Below are positions 12,601 through 26,877 of a DNA stretch of 64,000 nucleotides, one piece after another. The stretch spans positions 1 through 64,000 of the forward strand of contig JAAOMT010000665.1 in NCBI GenBank assembly GCA_016748015.1, written 5' to 3'. Each line of letters begins with the position of its first letter. The stretch's first letter is position 1. The translations under genes were made by a program, and so were the position numbers. This DNA is from Geosiphon pyriformis uo1. Taxonomy: Eukaryota; Fungi; Glomeromycota. The notes under the pieces were generated by a model. The model ran no database searches, had not been told where the DNA came from, and saw only the letters and a program-made list of their open reading frames with translations.

Positions 12601-13484
12601 ACAACTCAGGAAGGAAACTTTGAATTTGAAGTAATGCTATTTGGCTTGATGAATGCTTCAGCCACCTTTTAGTGACTTATGGAAATTGTTTATACAGGGT
12701 TACTATGGAAATCAGTAGTTGTATACTTGGATAACACCAATGTGTTCTTAAAAACATTCAATGATCATTTGCATTATTTCTAATAAGTGTTTAAAAGACT
12801 AAGACGAGCAGAATTAAAACTAAATGCCAACAAATGCTTCTTTGGAAAAACAGAACTCAAGTTTTTGGGACATATTATAAGCAAAAATGGTATTAAAACA
12901 GATCCAGATAAGATTGCAATAGTTAAAAACTTTCCAGTACCAACCAACTTGACAGAACTAAGAGTATTCTTGAGATTGGCTGGATATTATTGCCATTTTA
13001 TCAAGAATTTTTCCAAACTGGCTCAGCCATTTTATCATTTACAAACAAAGAATGTAAAGTATAAATAGACAGAAACTTAACAAGAAGCATTTAACACACT
13101 GAGAAGAAAGCTTATTCAAGCCCCAGTACTAATGTATTCAGATTACAACAAACTATTCATTATTACTACTAATACATCAGGCCAAGCATTGGGAACAGTA
13201 CTATCACAAAAAAGACCAGATAGAAGAAAACATCTGGTAGCTTATGTCAGTAGAAACTTAAGCCCAACTGAAAAAAACTATAGAACTCTGGCACTAGAAC
13301 ACTTAGCTATCTATTGGGCTGTTATTAAATGGAAAAAATATTTGAGTCAAAAGTTTAATGTGTATACTGATCACAAAGGATTGACTTCAATCCAGAACTT
13401 TCACTATTTAATTATACAGTGCATTATAAAAAAGAAAAAGAAAAAGAAAATGCTGACAGATTGTCATGAATAAGACAAGTCTAA
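9679..13484 (+). pseudogene. pol: B1 pol remnant (protease C-part, Cys-rich insert, dUTPase, RT, RNase H)
   Basis: ORF fragments 10347-13473 contain YYCKPC, DAEFDLRY, LASRSSLA, FCVDY, KCFFGKTELKFLGH and NADRLS. Confidence 0.9.
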
Positions 13485-13515
13485 AAACATTTTCAACTCA
13501 AAAATATAATAAAAC

Positions 13516-14892
13516 ATGAATATACAAAAATACCAACAACTCTAACATTATATAAATACCCAATTGTTTAAGGAGAAATTATCTCAAAAAGAACAAAACA
13601 ACATAAAACAGCAATCAAAATATTTTATCAACCATCAAAATATACTTTACCAGAAGAACAAAAGAAATCCAGATTAGCCAACCAAAGTAATTACAAAACA
13701 AGAAAAAAAGACAATATTGTTCAACATATACTCAAATCTAACAGCAAGATATTTCTATAAAAAAGCAACAATAGAAAGAACCAGAAAAAGATACTATTGG
13801 TCATCAATGTATTCAGACATTATCCAATATGTTCAAAATTGTGATGCTTGTCAGAGAAAAAGAGAAACAAAACCCAATAAACCATTAAGACTGATCAAAG
13901 TAAAACAACCATTCAATCATATCAGAATTGACTTAATTGGATCATTAACAATAACCAGCAGAGGCAACAAATATATTGCAGTAGCTATGAACTATCTCAC
14001 TAAATGGTCAGAAGCAAAAGCCATTCAAAAAGCAGATGCAGAATTTGTTGACAAATTCGTTCATCAAGATTTGATCTGTCAACATGGATGTCTAAAAAAA
14101 CTATTATCAGATCAAGAAACTCACTTTGTAAATAGATCATTGGCAGAATTAAGTCAAAGATTTAGAATAAAAAGACTATTATCATTATCATACCATCCAC
14201 AAACAAATGGGTTAGTTGAAAGGTTTAACAGAACACTATGTAAAGCAATAGCCAAAATTAGCCAAAAAAACCAGGATGAATGGGATTTAATCATACTATC
14301 AGTAATATTTGCTTATTAGACAATGAAGCAAGACACTATACAGACAACACTATTTGAATTAGTATATGGTAAAACAGCAATATTATTAGTTGAAATAGAA
14401 GTCAAGACATATCTAACAAAACCAATAACCAAAGAGAATTTTCAAAAAACATTATTAAAAAAAACATATGACTTAATAGAAACACTAGAAAACACATAGT
14501 GAAAAGCAGCTGATAATATTCAAAAGTCACAAGAAAAACAAAAAGAAAGACACAATAACCAACTATCAGAAAAACCAGTTGAATTCAAGATTAAAGACAA
14601 AGTACTTCTACATCATATTAAAGCAGAAAAACAATAAAGTAGAAAATTTGACTCCAAATGGGATGGACTATTTTACATAGAAGAAATTCTAGGAAATAGA
14701 ACCTATAAATTAAGATTGAACAACAAAATCTTAACCAAAGCAGTACATAATAATTGACTGAAACAATATTACCATATAGCATTATTATCTACCAGTAATA
14801 TTTCACAATTAGGAATACAAAGAATACTAGTCAAACCAAATGAGATTTTACAAGATCCAGAACCAATTATAATTATTAAACCAAACCCATAA
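13516..14892 (+). pseudogene. B1 integrase (separate ORF)
   Basis: ATG MNIQKYQQL after the RNase H TAA at 13482; ORF 13717-14319 has CDAC, IDL, SDQ and HPQTNGLVERFNRTL. Confidence 0.88.
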
Positions 14893-14928
14893 AATTGAAC
14901 AACCAAGGATTATATAAAGACATAGTAT

Positions 14929-15581
14929 ATGCAACAAAAAGACAACAGAAAATAAAGATTACTAACAACATTCACTTACTAGCACAACAATTTTTTCAAC
15001 TAATATAACAACAAAAGATGGAAATTACAATCAACCAACAAACTATCAGATACACAAACACCAGAAAAAGATCACGAGAAAAAATATGGAAAAAACCAGA
15101 GAACATTGTGAACAAAATAATCACAAAAGTAAAATTGGCAATAGAAATACAACCAAAAGTCACACAATATTAAGAGTTGACTATGAAAACTTGGAATTGG
15201 TGGATACAACAATTTCCAAAAAACTTTTGTTACTTTTATTTGAGACAACACTTGAATATTCAGAGCTTATATACAAATAAAACAAAACAATTATTTGACA
15301 CAACAATACTGCAACAATTAAAACAATTTGTGGAAAAAAACAATTTGACCATATAAACAAGAGCCATTTATTGGCTACATACTGAATTTTAAGATCGACC
15401 AGAAATCTTACTCAATTCAGAAATAAATTCTATTACTATTAACCAAATGGAAAAAATAACCAATGCCCAATTTGAAGACTTATAGAACAAGATAGCACAA
15501 ATAATTCTTGAAAAAAAAGTTCAAAAAATACTCAAAGATGGAGAATTAGAATTAGAAGATCTTGACGGAACTCAATATTAA
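14929..15581 (+). pseudogene. B1 ORF3
   Basis: ITNNIHLLAQQ...MEITINQQTIRY; collinear with 41573-42232; ends DGTQY-TAA at the PPT. Confidence 0.6.
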
Positions 15582-15596
15582 AAAAAGAGGGAATAA

Positions 15597-16455
15597 TGTT
15601 ACTTATAGAATATAAAAAGTATATACTAGCATAAATTAACCAATCAGAAGTAATCATAGTAAATATGAAATTCCAGGATTCCTATCAGAGGAATTGCAGG
15701 ATTCTAGGAATTTCAAGATTCTTGTACAAAGAATTACAGGATTCTAGAATTCTTCTCAAAGGAATTGCAGAATTCCAGGAATTCCAGAATTCCTGGTGTA
15801 AAGAATTGAGGAATTAAGAAATTTCAATTATGTATATATAGTGATAGCATTAAAAGTAAAAAAAACAGACCTTTCAGTTTAGATTTGATCTAAGCAACCT
15901 TCTACATTACAAATATTAATAAATAATTATTCATTATTTCAATCCACTTTCTACTATTAACACTTCATGTTAATAGTTATTCATACTTAATTACACTGGA
16001 ACAATAGCTTTTGATCATGGCTATTGATAAAATACTAATGTGCAAAATTGCCTTGGCTTATTTCTTTGATTTTCTTTATTTCTCTTCTTTATTTCCTTTT
16101 ATTTTCTTTTGATTTTTTTTACTACTAACTCAATTAAGAGGATTAATATGTGGAGGTACTAATGTCAGGATATAGTACTGATAAAAAACCCAGGAATAAG
16201 AGTAGACATTTAAAATTAAAAATATTTTACCAAGAGGATTACTGGCCATTACACTGAAAAAGAAATTAACAAACCTGCAGTTTCGGGAAGCTATGGAGAA
16301 AACAACTATTGAATCTCTGTCCATTATACAAAGAACTCAACCAAAACCTTCAGAAAAACACACCTTCAGAAATTACCAACATTATCTACTATTAATTGAG
16401 CACCAAGTTACAAGTTTGTTATTTGATTTGAAACTCCAAATAATCACTTGTAACA
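15597..16455 (+). repeat. B1 3' LTR
   Basis: TGTTAC...GTAACA termini; GGAATTCC-type U3 repeats; homologous to 30092, 32794, 50235 and (minus) 28859. Confidence 0.9.
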
Positions 16456-18120
16456 ATGTGTTTCTTTCTGTTTGACTGGTTGCCAGAGTAAGATTTCCAA
16501 ACAGTAATTCATATTCTTCTAATAACTTGGTCCAACTGTGTTAACTCCAGAGGTGTAAATTTTTAGGAGTTTATGGTGTTTTCAACTGGGTTTCCAGAGG
16601 TGGGTTGAATACAATTCTACTTTGGGATGTTTGATAGTATAATAGAATTGTTGGGAAGAGGAACCTTGGTTTTTTGTTGACTGTGGACTTGGCTTGAGCA
16701 GTTGTGGGGTTGTTGGATTCATTTTCATATTTCTTAAAGTCAGATTCCACTGGTTGTTGTACTTGAGGAAATCATTTTGTCATATAATATTTAATGTCTG
16801 TATCAATTATGTACAGAGTTTTAGTAATTGCTCAGGTAATCATAGTTGTTAAGTACCCTAATAAGCTTTGATAGGTTTGTTCTTCCAGTTTTTTTGTGTT
16901 AGTTGTGCAGTCAATTTTTGCATTAATATAGTTACAAAAATCACTTTCTGTGTAAGCAGTTTCTGTTGATATTCCTAGGTCTTTTTGAAAGTATTAAAAT
17001 AATGCTCTTTCATATGGAGAGTGGTTTTTTCTTACTGTTTCAATAGTTGCCACTTTTGTGAATTTCTGGAGTGCTCTGTCTCTGTGGATTTATAATCTCA
17101 CAGAGAGCACCAAATGTTATGAGTAAACTTGATGGGATAGGGTAATGGTAATGTTTAGTGCTCTCAATTATTAGTAATACATGTTTTATGTAATTCTGGT
17201 GGCTTAATCTTGATTATTAGTCTCTGAAAGTCTTATTTTACTGGTTGTGAATTTACCTATTAAGTTCTTCAGTTATAAGACACAGAGTTTTGGTTCTTGT
17301 TAATTGCAACTTTTTATAAAGATGAGCTTTCTTTTCTGAGTTAATAAGCACAGTCATTAGGATTCAACATTGTCTTTTTGCTCTTCTGGTAAGCTATTAA
17401 AATAACATTAATATCCAAAAAAACCTAGGGGAAGCTTCCTTCTTTTACCAGACTATTATAAAGTCTATTTTCAAACAGTTGATTTTTCTATATTGCCACT
17501 CCACCTAAAAAAATAATGAAAAAAAAAGAAAAAAAAGGAGAAATTAGTATCATTAATTACTATAATCAAGAGTAATTGGTCTAAGTTGTTAATGATTTAA
17601 GGTGTTTATGCTAAGAGCATCAGACCTGAAATGAAGATACAAAACAAAGTTTAATTTAATTGGAATATAGAAGTTCAAAGAACATGTATTTGTGCTTTTT
17701 GGATTTTTGTTGATAAGTTTATTTGAGTTTATTTAGTGGGATTAAGAGAATAGATAAAAAGTAGAAATTAATTCTTGTCTAGTGATTCATATCTATCTGT
17801 CTGTCCATTTCTATCTTCTATAACTACTCACTTTTATACATTCTTTTGGTTTATTAGAATTGTTTCTGATTGTTTTATTATTGCTAATTATTGGTTTGCT
17901 ATTTCTGTTATTGCTTTGTTTTTTTACATTATTACTAGTTATTCTATATTATAACATGTTATTTAGTATTATTCTGTGTTATCTCATATTGTAATGTATT
18001 ATTCTGCACTATCCTAAGTTATAATACATTATTCAATGTTATTGTGTGCTATTCTGTATTATATTACATTTTGGTTATGTTTCTTCATAATTTCAGATTG
18101 GTTTTTCTACTCAGATAACA
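16456..18120 (-). mobile_element. Ty3/Gypsy element A2 (5' LTR, PBS and 5' gag), inserted in the 5' LTR of C1
   Basis: Reverse complement of 16456-17112 matches ~454-1120; 17115-18120 matches the A1 LTR; PBS at 17095-17112. Confidence 0.92.
17115..18120 (-). repeat. A2 5' LTR
   Basis: TGTTAT...ATAACA; reverse-complement homolog of 8528-9678. Confidence 0.9.
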
Positions 18121-18998
18121 ACATATATTATTATTATTTCAATTATTACTTATAATTTAATCAAATTATCAAATATTATTACTTAATTAATAATCCAATT
18201 TGTACCATAAAAATTAAGATGATTAAATTACACAATACTTTAAACCATTTAATATAGTCAAAATTTACCAAAATTGATGAAAATTGGCCGAAATAATCAA
18301 TAGTTTGTAAAAATAACTTGTAGTTTACCAAAATATATCTTTAATTCACCGAAATTAAAACAAAAAGAAAAATGCAAGTTTAAAGACTAGTATTACAACA
18401 AGTTATATAAAAGAAGAGCTTTTTTCTTCAAGAAAATGTATCTTACTTTAGATATCTTAATTAAAACAAATTATCTTTTATATATTAAATAAAAATTAAA
18501 TAATTAAAAACCAAATTTTTTGAATTATTACACTTAAAATTCTTTCAACACAATTAATATTTTGAAATTGATTAGCTACCAATTTTAGTAATCTGTTAGT
18601 AACTCCAGGCCTGAATAAAAAACGTTTCTCTTAACAATTATATTTCTTTTATATTTCTTTTATTTATTTATTTTTTTCTTATTATAATTATTAGGGTAGT
18701 CTACAAACAAAATTCCTATAGAAAAATTGACTTTTACAGCAAAATAACTACATATTTTTAGTGAGCTTCTAGATGAGCAATTCCTGGGAAAAAGTTGACA
18801 TTTACTACAATGTAACTACATAAAATAACTGGCATGAAATTGGCCATTTTACTTATAAGCCCAGCAGTTCAAATTATAAAAGATAATTTGAAAATAAATT
18901 CAGTTATTGAAGATTCAACTGCTTTCAAAAAACATGAAATTAGCAACAGACAAACATTAACAGCATTCAAAAAAAGAGACCAAAAACCTCTGATAATA
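18121..18998 (+). repeat. C1 5' LTR (lacks the first ~65 bp, displaced by A2)
   Basis: Aligns with 26944-27832. Confidence 0.9.
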
Positions 18999-19044
18999 TT
19001 TGGTGCTCTCTCACAGAAATAACACAGCAACAACAAAATTCAAA

Positions 19045-22000
19045 GTAACAACCACACCAGACACAACAACTCTAAAGTATTATTAGTCAATTTACACTTA
19101 CTACAAGCAAAGATTCAACATCCAAAACGAAATTGAAATTTTCAAAAAATCACTATATTAATATATTGAAAACTGCATCAACAATTATTTTTTTGGAAAC
19201 TACAGTATTTCAGAAGTTAGAAACAATCTCTACAATAATTTATTGTACTATTCACAATTGGAAACTAAAGACCTTAATAGTAAAACACTTGGCACCTACT
19301 TCCAAGAACTTAATTTTAATATTATTTAGTATTGTAAAGAAAAATACCCAGTACAATCCAAATACTCTGTTGACTTTGAATCAGAACCAGAAAACAGCAA
19401 CAGCAAAAAACAGAAGAAAAAAATTTGAGTTAGCCATATAACTCACAACACACCAAAAACAACTGCCAAATACTTGTAAACATCTGAACAAGAAACCAGT
19501 ATCAAAATACTATTTTTTATTACACTATTTCTAATTTCACTTGCTTGACCACAAATACCAAATTCACCACTTATCTATTTTTCAAAACTAGAAGATTTTC
19601 AGTCACTTAAAAATTTTATTCAACAACAGGAACTCATATCAACCAGCACCAATATTATTGATTACTTGCAGAAAAATGAAAGTAATTATTTAGAGAACTT
19701 GGAAAGTAAAAAAACTGAATCAGAACAAGAAGAAACCATAGAAAACAAAGAAGAAATAGCAACTGCTTACATTACAAAAATTTCAGAATTCACTGAAAAA
19801 AATAATAATATCAGTCTTTAAGCATGGCTTGACAAAGTCCAGAAAGCAGGAAATGCAAATAAATAGACAGCAGCAAGAATGTTAAAAGCAATCCCATACT
19901 TTCTTTAAGGAACAGCAGAAAAATAATTTGAAAACTTAGATAATTCCTTTGAAAACTGACAAGCATTCAAAAATACTTTCTTACAACAATTTACTAATAA
20001 CAACACATCTATCACCCTTCAAAATTGGTTCCAAAATATCAAACAAGAACCAAATAAATCAGTCATGATCTATCTAGAGAAGTTCAACAAACTTCTCAGA
20101 AAAATTTGCCAGTTAGAAACCAATGAATACTACTCTAATGCCCAAATTTTGGATCAATTCATTGCTAAATTAAAAGATAAACTCATAAAAAAAGTGCATT
20201 CACATTTACCTGAAGATTTGGCCACTGTTATTTAACATATAAAGAACTATGAAATGGCTATGGAAAAAACCAATCACACAAAATTTGTAAATCTTGCTAT
20301 TAGAAAAACCAGCTCAGCAGCTAAAGAAAAAATTAACCAACTTACAAAAAAAGTTGAAAACTATTTCACTAATCAACAACAGCAACAACAAATGCAAAAA
20401 TATTAATCACTACAATAACAAAACCAAAACAATTACTCATCATTATCAAACAGCCAAAACCAAAGTTGTTACTATTGTGGGATTCCAGGACATTGGAAAC
20501 GAGATTGCAGAAAGCTACAAAAAGACCAACAAAACAGGAGTAATCAACATTACTTTTTAATACAACAATCTTATTATTAGTCTCCACTACCAGTTTATTA
20601 TTCCTTAAGACCCCAACAGCAAAACAATTACTATTAGTCTGCTTTACAACAGCAATACTAACAACTCCTATCAATCCAACAGTATTAACAACTATCTACA
20701 CAACAATATCAAGTACCAGTTCACAAATTGGTTCAACAGAGCCAATTCATATCTCAAAATTAATTTCAGAATAATAACAACTAAATCAATCCAAACAACC
20801 AGTTGGTTCTTCGAAATTCTGGTCAGCAAAGACCCAATCACTACTCCACTCAATTTAGTTATCTTACAATGCCAGAAAAATCAGATTTTCAACAAACTGC
20901 ACTTTCTAAAAGTAAAGCTGCAGCACCAAAATCAAATCCTTCAAACAATACTATTCCATCAGCTTAAATTGCTCAAAATACTAATCTTTCAGATATCTTT
21001 CCATTTGAATTTAAAGCAAATAAATCACCATTCCTGCTTAGCAATGCAGCAGTCAATAAACAAAAAGCAATTACAGCAATGTATATAAAAGCTGAAATTA
21101 AAGACAAATCCATTCAGTTAATTCTAAACAGTGGATCAGCTAGAAGTATCATCACTTACCAATTAATACAACAACTTTAATAAACTGTTGACAAATTTGT
21201 TCAGACAGTTATTGTCACAACAGATGATATAAAAAAAACACCAGTAGGAGAAATTGACAATTTCTTATTTACCATTAATAAAATTATTATTTCAGTCAAA
21301 GTTTTAGTCATGGATGCACCTTAATATTAAGCTCTAATCGAAAATGATTGGCTTCTCAAGACCAATACAAATTTAGACTGGAAAACCCAGGAATTGAAGA
21401 TTTCATACCAAGAATAATACACCAGAGTACCTGCCACCTATAGTACTTTTAATAAAAAAATCTGAAAAAGCCCCAGTATTTAAATTTGAAGAGAAGAAAA
21501 AACTACCAGTCACTGAAATTTTTATGGCTTTTGGATCAATATTCAATTGGGCTAAAGAAACAGAACAAGAAATTTTTGAAGAGATCAGAGGATGGAATGT
21601 AGTTAGATATTCTACACCAGAACCACAGAAACAATTACCTTATATCTCACTTAAATGCAAAGATTGTAAAAAAAAACTTTCATTAATGGGAGCATGTATT
21701 TCTCCAAAAAAAAAATATAAAACTTGTATCTGTTACTATTGTAAAGCATGTTATAAAGAACGATTTGAATACTCCAAACAAAGTGGAAAATAAGACAACA
21801 TTTCTTGTTTTACATGTGAAAATATGCTACTAAAAGAATACAACTAGATTGATATTACAATGAGAGGAAAAATATGTGATCAAATCTGTTAATATGCTCT
21901 ATCAATCTTGGAAAAAGTCAAAAAAGAAACCTTTTTAATGCAGCATACAACAGTGCTCTTAACAAACTCTACTACTACTCTCATGATGTTAAAATAATTT

Positions 22001-24596
22001 TTGATCTAGCAATGGCTTTAATCAATAAAGCCACACAGGAAGATTTCTGCCAAATAAAAAAAGCTGAATACATTGAATACACAATAGAATTAACTAGATT
22101 CAACTATAAAGATGAAGTAGAAATGTACCACCAAATTGTAAGTTACATTTATCCAATCCAAGAAGCTCAAATTCAATAATTAGAGCAAATAAACATTCAA
22201 TTATGAGAAGAATACATCATGCTTTGTAATAATAAATGGTGTTCAGAATGTTATGCTCTTAGCATCCTCTTATTCAGCAAAGATGACCAGGAGAAAATTG
22301 AGTTTGGAAAACCTGAGCCTGAAAAAGAAATTGCAACAATTCCAATTTATCTTACTGAAAAACAACCAGTCTTACAACTCAAATACTTTAACAACAATGG
22401 TCAAGAAATCAAGCCAAAAAAAACTCACGATATAGATGCTGAATATGATTTATAATATTCAGAAAAAGATACTTTGGTCCTCTAACCAAAATCTTTAACC
22501 AAAATTAATCTCAAAATTGCTCTTGAAATTCCACCAGGAGCAATGGTTCAAATTGCTTTCAGATTATTATTGGCAAGCAAAAAAATCAATGTTAAAGGAA
22601 GAGTTATAGATGCAGAATACACTGAAGACATCACTGTCATGTTACAAAACAAAACTAAGAACCCATTCAAAATAAAACATGCTGAAAAGATTGCTTAAGC
22701 AATTTACCTATTCTTAATTAACATTTCAAGTTTACAATCAATTAACAACAGAGAAAAATTAGAAAAAAGTGAAAGAGAAACTCAAGATTTTGGTTCAACT
22801 GGATGATTCACAGTTCCAGTAAACATAGCTCTCAATACACAGAATAAATCTTACCAGATTTTTTAACTTTCCCAACCAATTACTATTTCATCTTTTGGAA
22901 AACATCACAAAATCTACACTTGCTCAAAACCTATTATCACCCAACAAATCTTTAAATCCAATAAACAAATCTGTTTAAAAAATGAAATCTCAATTCCAAA
23001 TGTCTATATACCAAAAAAAATAAAGAAATTTTGAGTTACATTTTACAATCCAAACAACTATATCATTGTTTTATTAAATAAATTAGAAATTGGAATCATA
23101 CATAGCAACATCTTTCAAAATAAAAACCCTCAAATTGTCTTTAATTTCATCGAAATTATAAGATATATCCTACTCTCCAATTCAAACATCATCCTTACTT
23201 CTAGAAACTACTATCTTCTGGAAGAAAAACTCCTAATAGTTGAATTTGCTAACATATTTGCAAAAGACAACAATAATCTTAGAAAAACTAATATTGTTTA
23301 ACATTAGATTTATACAAGAGATGCTTCATCAAAATGTTAACAAGCTTATTAAATATTATCTATTAGCCACCAATTCATCAGAAAAAAAGTCCAAAAAATG
23401 CTTAATAATAGATTGATTTAACCATTAAGAAGTCTTTGGGTCTTATCAGTAGTTTTTATTAAAAAGAAAAACGGAAAAATCAGATTTTGTGTAGATTATT
23501 ATCAGCTTAACAGCATGACAATTGGAAATGTCTACCCTTTTCCAAGAATTGATAACATGTTAAATGCTCTAGGAAAAGCCAAGTTTTTCTTAACTTTAGA
23601 CTTGGAAAGTGGATACTGACAAGTCGAAATAGATCCAAAAAATCGACCTAAAACAGCATTTACCACTTAAGGAGGAAACTATGAGTTTAATGTTATGTCT
23701 TTTGGACTCTGCAATGCATCAGCAACATTCCAGTAATTTATGAATGTTATATATAAAAAAATTTTATGGCAATTAGTAGTTGTCTATCTGAATAACACTA
23801 ATGTGTACTTACCAAGTTTTGAAGCTCATCTTATTCACTTGCAAGAAGTTTTTCAATAATTACAGAAAGCAGGATTGAAATTGAACATTGAGAAATATCA
23901 CTTTGAAAAAACAAACATAATCTTTTTTAGACACATTGTTAGCAAAAATAGAATCAAACCAAACCCTGGAACAATCAGTGCTATTAAAAACTTTCAAACT
24001 TCCAAAAATACTACAGAGCTACAAAGATTTGTAGGATTAGTCTCTTACTATTAAAAATTTATCAAAAAATTCTCAAAAATTGCCAAATCACTTAATTATT
24101 TCACCAATAAGAACATGTTATATCAATGAACTAAAAAACAACAAAAAGCCTTTGAAATTCTCAAAACAAAACTGACAACAGCCCCAGTTCTTGCTTATCC
24201 AAACTTCAACAAACAGTTTTAACTAGCCACTAATGCTTCACACATAGCATTTGGTGCCATCTTATTATAATTAGATAAAAATGGCCAGAAACAAGTCATT
24301 GCCTATATTAGTAAAACACTCAAATCAACAGAATTCAAATATGGCTCAACTAAATTAAAAGCTACTGCAGTCATTTGGACTTTTAAACACTTTTAACAAT
24401 ACCTGAAAAATGAAAAAAAATTTGATATTATAACTGACAATATTGGTCTCAAATGGCTTAATAAAAAAAAACAGAACAAAGTGCCAAACAGCTTTGATAG
24501 AATGACTTCCTAGCAAACTACAAATATATTGTATACCACAAACCAGGAAAATTACACATCAATATTAATAGTCTTTCAAGAATAAAACAAAATTAA
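19045..24596 (+). pseudogene. gag-pol: C1 gag-pol, heavily disrupted
   Basis: Collinear with C2 ORF 43343-44689; CYYCGIPGHWKRDC; LILNSGS; dUTPase motifs at ~22375-22805; RT/RH motifs up to the TAA at 24594. Confidence 0.88.
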
Positions 24597-24643
24597 TACC
24601 ACTAACAATTCCATCACAACTTACTATTACCAACAAAACAACA

Positions 24644-26027
24644 ATAGATCCCAGAAATTACAACAATCTTAAAAACTATTTAGAGACTCTTATCATGCCA
24701 GAAAATTGGTTTCCAAGTAAAAAACATCGATTACAACACCAATTAAAACAATATTTTATACATCACAACAAAATCTATTATAAAAATTGCAGAAATTCAA
24801 ACCAACTATTCAGATTAGTACAAGAAAATAAAAAAAAAACAATTCTATACAACATGCACATAAATTTTTCTTCAGCACACTTGGGAAGAGATAGAACAAT
24901 CCAAAGAACTCTTGAATATTATTTTTAGCCTTATATGCAAAAAAACATTTGACAATATATAAAATCTTGTGATAGTTGTCAAAAAAAAGGAGGAATTTGT
25001 CTCACAAAATTTTTAAATCCAATCAAAATTGGACAACCTTTTGACAGAGTTGGAATTGATTTAGTCAGACTATTACCTATCACAATCCAAGGAAATCATT
25101 ATATTGTAATTGCAATAAATTATCTTATCAAATGGCCTGAAGCTAGAGCCATCCAAAGAACAGATGCAAAATTAGTAGCAAATTTCATCTATGAAAACAT
25201 TATTTGTAGACATAAATGCCCAATTGAATTTTTATCTGATTAAAGAACATATTTTGTAAACAACTTGATACAAGAAATTTGTGAATGATTCAATGTTAAA
25301 AGATCTTTATTATTACTTTATCATCCCTAAACAAATGGACTTGTAGAATGTTTCAACAGAACATTGTGTAAATCTTTAGCCAAAGTCTCAACTGATTTTG
25401 AGCAGAAATAAAATATCTTTATTCCATTAGTGTTACTAGTATACAAAACACTAAAACAAGATACTATAAAACACATACCATTTGATCTTACTTATAGAAG
25501 AACAGCAATATTACCAATTAATTTCATAGTGAAAACATATCCAGTACAACCAATTAATAAAGAAAACTTCTAAGAAACACTCTAAAGAAAAGCCTATACT
25601 CTTTTTAGTATACTGGAAAGAAAAAAACAAAAAGCAGCCACTCATATTAAACACTCCCAAGTCCTACAAAAAAAAGACATGACAACAAACTGCCACCAAT
25701 TACAATGAATTTAAAGTTGGAAATAAAGTTTTCTTACACAAAACTAAGGCTGAAAAACAATGAAGTGAAAAATTTGAACATAAATAGGATGGACCATTTT
25801 ATATTTACGAAATTCTAGGCAATAGATTATACAAGTTAAGACTTAATAACAAAGTACCAGCAAAAGTTGCACATAAAGATTAATTGAAACACTATCATAC
25901 CAGAAACAATCTTGAATTATTAATTCCACAAATTGGTACATATTTCCTTTTAGTTAATCCTAAAAATATTCTCCAAAATTTAGAATCAATAGTTATAATA
26001 AAACAACAACTAAATTTGAATATTTAA
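24644..26027 (+). pseudogene. C1 integrase (separate ORF; start degraded to ATA)
   Basis: (M)DPRNYNNLKNYLETL; FDRVGIDLV and TNGLVE motifs; collinear with 47306-48540. Confidence 0.85.
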
Positions 26028-26190
26028 TTTAACATTTTTATAATAACTCCTTTAAAATACACAAAACATAAAAACAAAAATAATAAATAATTACAAGAAA
26101 CATTCAAACCTAAAAACAAATAAAAATTCTATATCCAAAAAACAATTTTCTTTATTCTTTTTCAAAATTTTATTAGTTAATCATTTTATT

Positions 26191-26877
26191 ATAATAATTC
26201 CTCGAAATATTCAACAAATATTCCAAAAATTAATGTTAGCATTGAAAACACTTCTTGACTTATCCATAACAATTAATGGAAATTAAATTAATTACACTCA
26301 AAAAAAAACTACAACACCAGTAGAAAATAATTTTCAGAATTATCACTTTTATAAAAGAAAAACAAGAAGTCATTTTGCAAATTAACTACCAAAACTTTTG
26401 AAGTGAGCACTAAAAGAAAACCTTTTATTTGCCTCTATTGACATTTTACCAAATACCACAATTCAACAAAAACTTCTATTATTTTTTAATAAACAGAACA
26501 ATGAACATACTCTTATCTATAGATATTTTTATATTGGAAAAACACTTTATGAACGAAAACTGGAACTTGAAGCAACCAACATTACTTCTGAAACTATACA
26601 AAAACAAATTCACAATGAATTCAAGACAACAGCTGGACTAACAAACACTTACTACAAACTTAAAGCAGCATTTAAACTCTATGATTTATTCAACACTTGT
26701 AAAAGTGTCTTACAAAATCCAATACTTCATTCAATAAAGATTCAATACATTGAAAAGCTCACAAAACTGAAATTTTAACAATTTTCAACCAAATCACTTC
26801 AATTATATTGGACCACTATCTTAACATTACAGAATGTGCTTAGACTTTGATAGAGCTCAGTCTTAAAGAAAAAATTA
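26191..26877 (+). pseudogene. C1 ORF3
   Basis: Degenerate copy of the open ORF at 48690-49359. Confidence 0.75.

Larger units (their letters stand above)
9679..16455 (+). mobile_element. Ty3/Gypsy element B1 (3' part: mid-protease to 3' LTR), inserted in gag of A2
   Basis: Continuous PR-Cys-dUTPase-RT-RH, IN, ORF3, PPT (AAAAAAGAGGGAATAA) and LTR 15597-16455. Confidence 0.92.
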
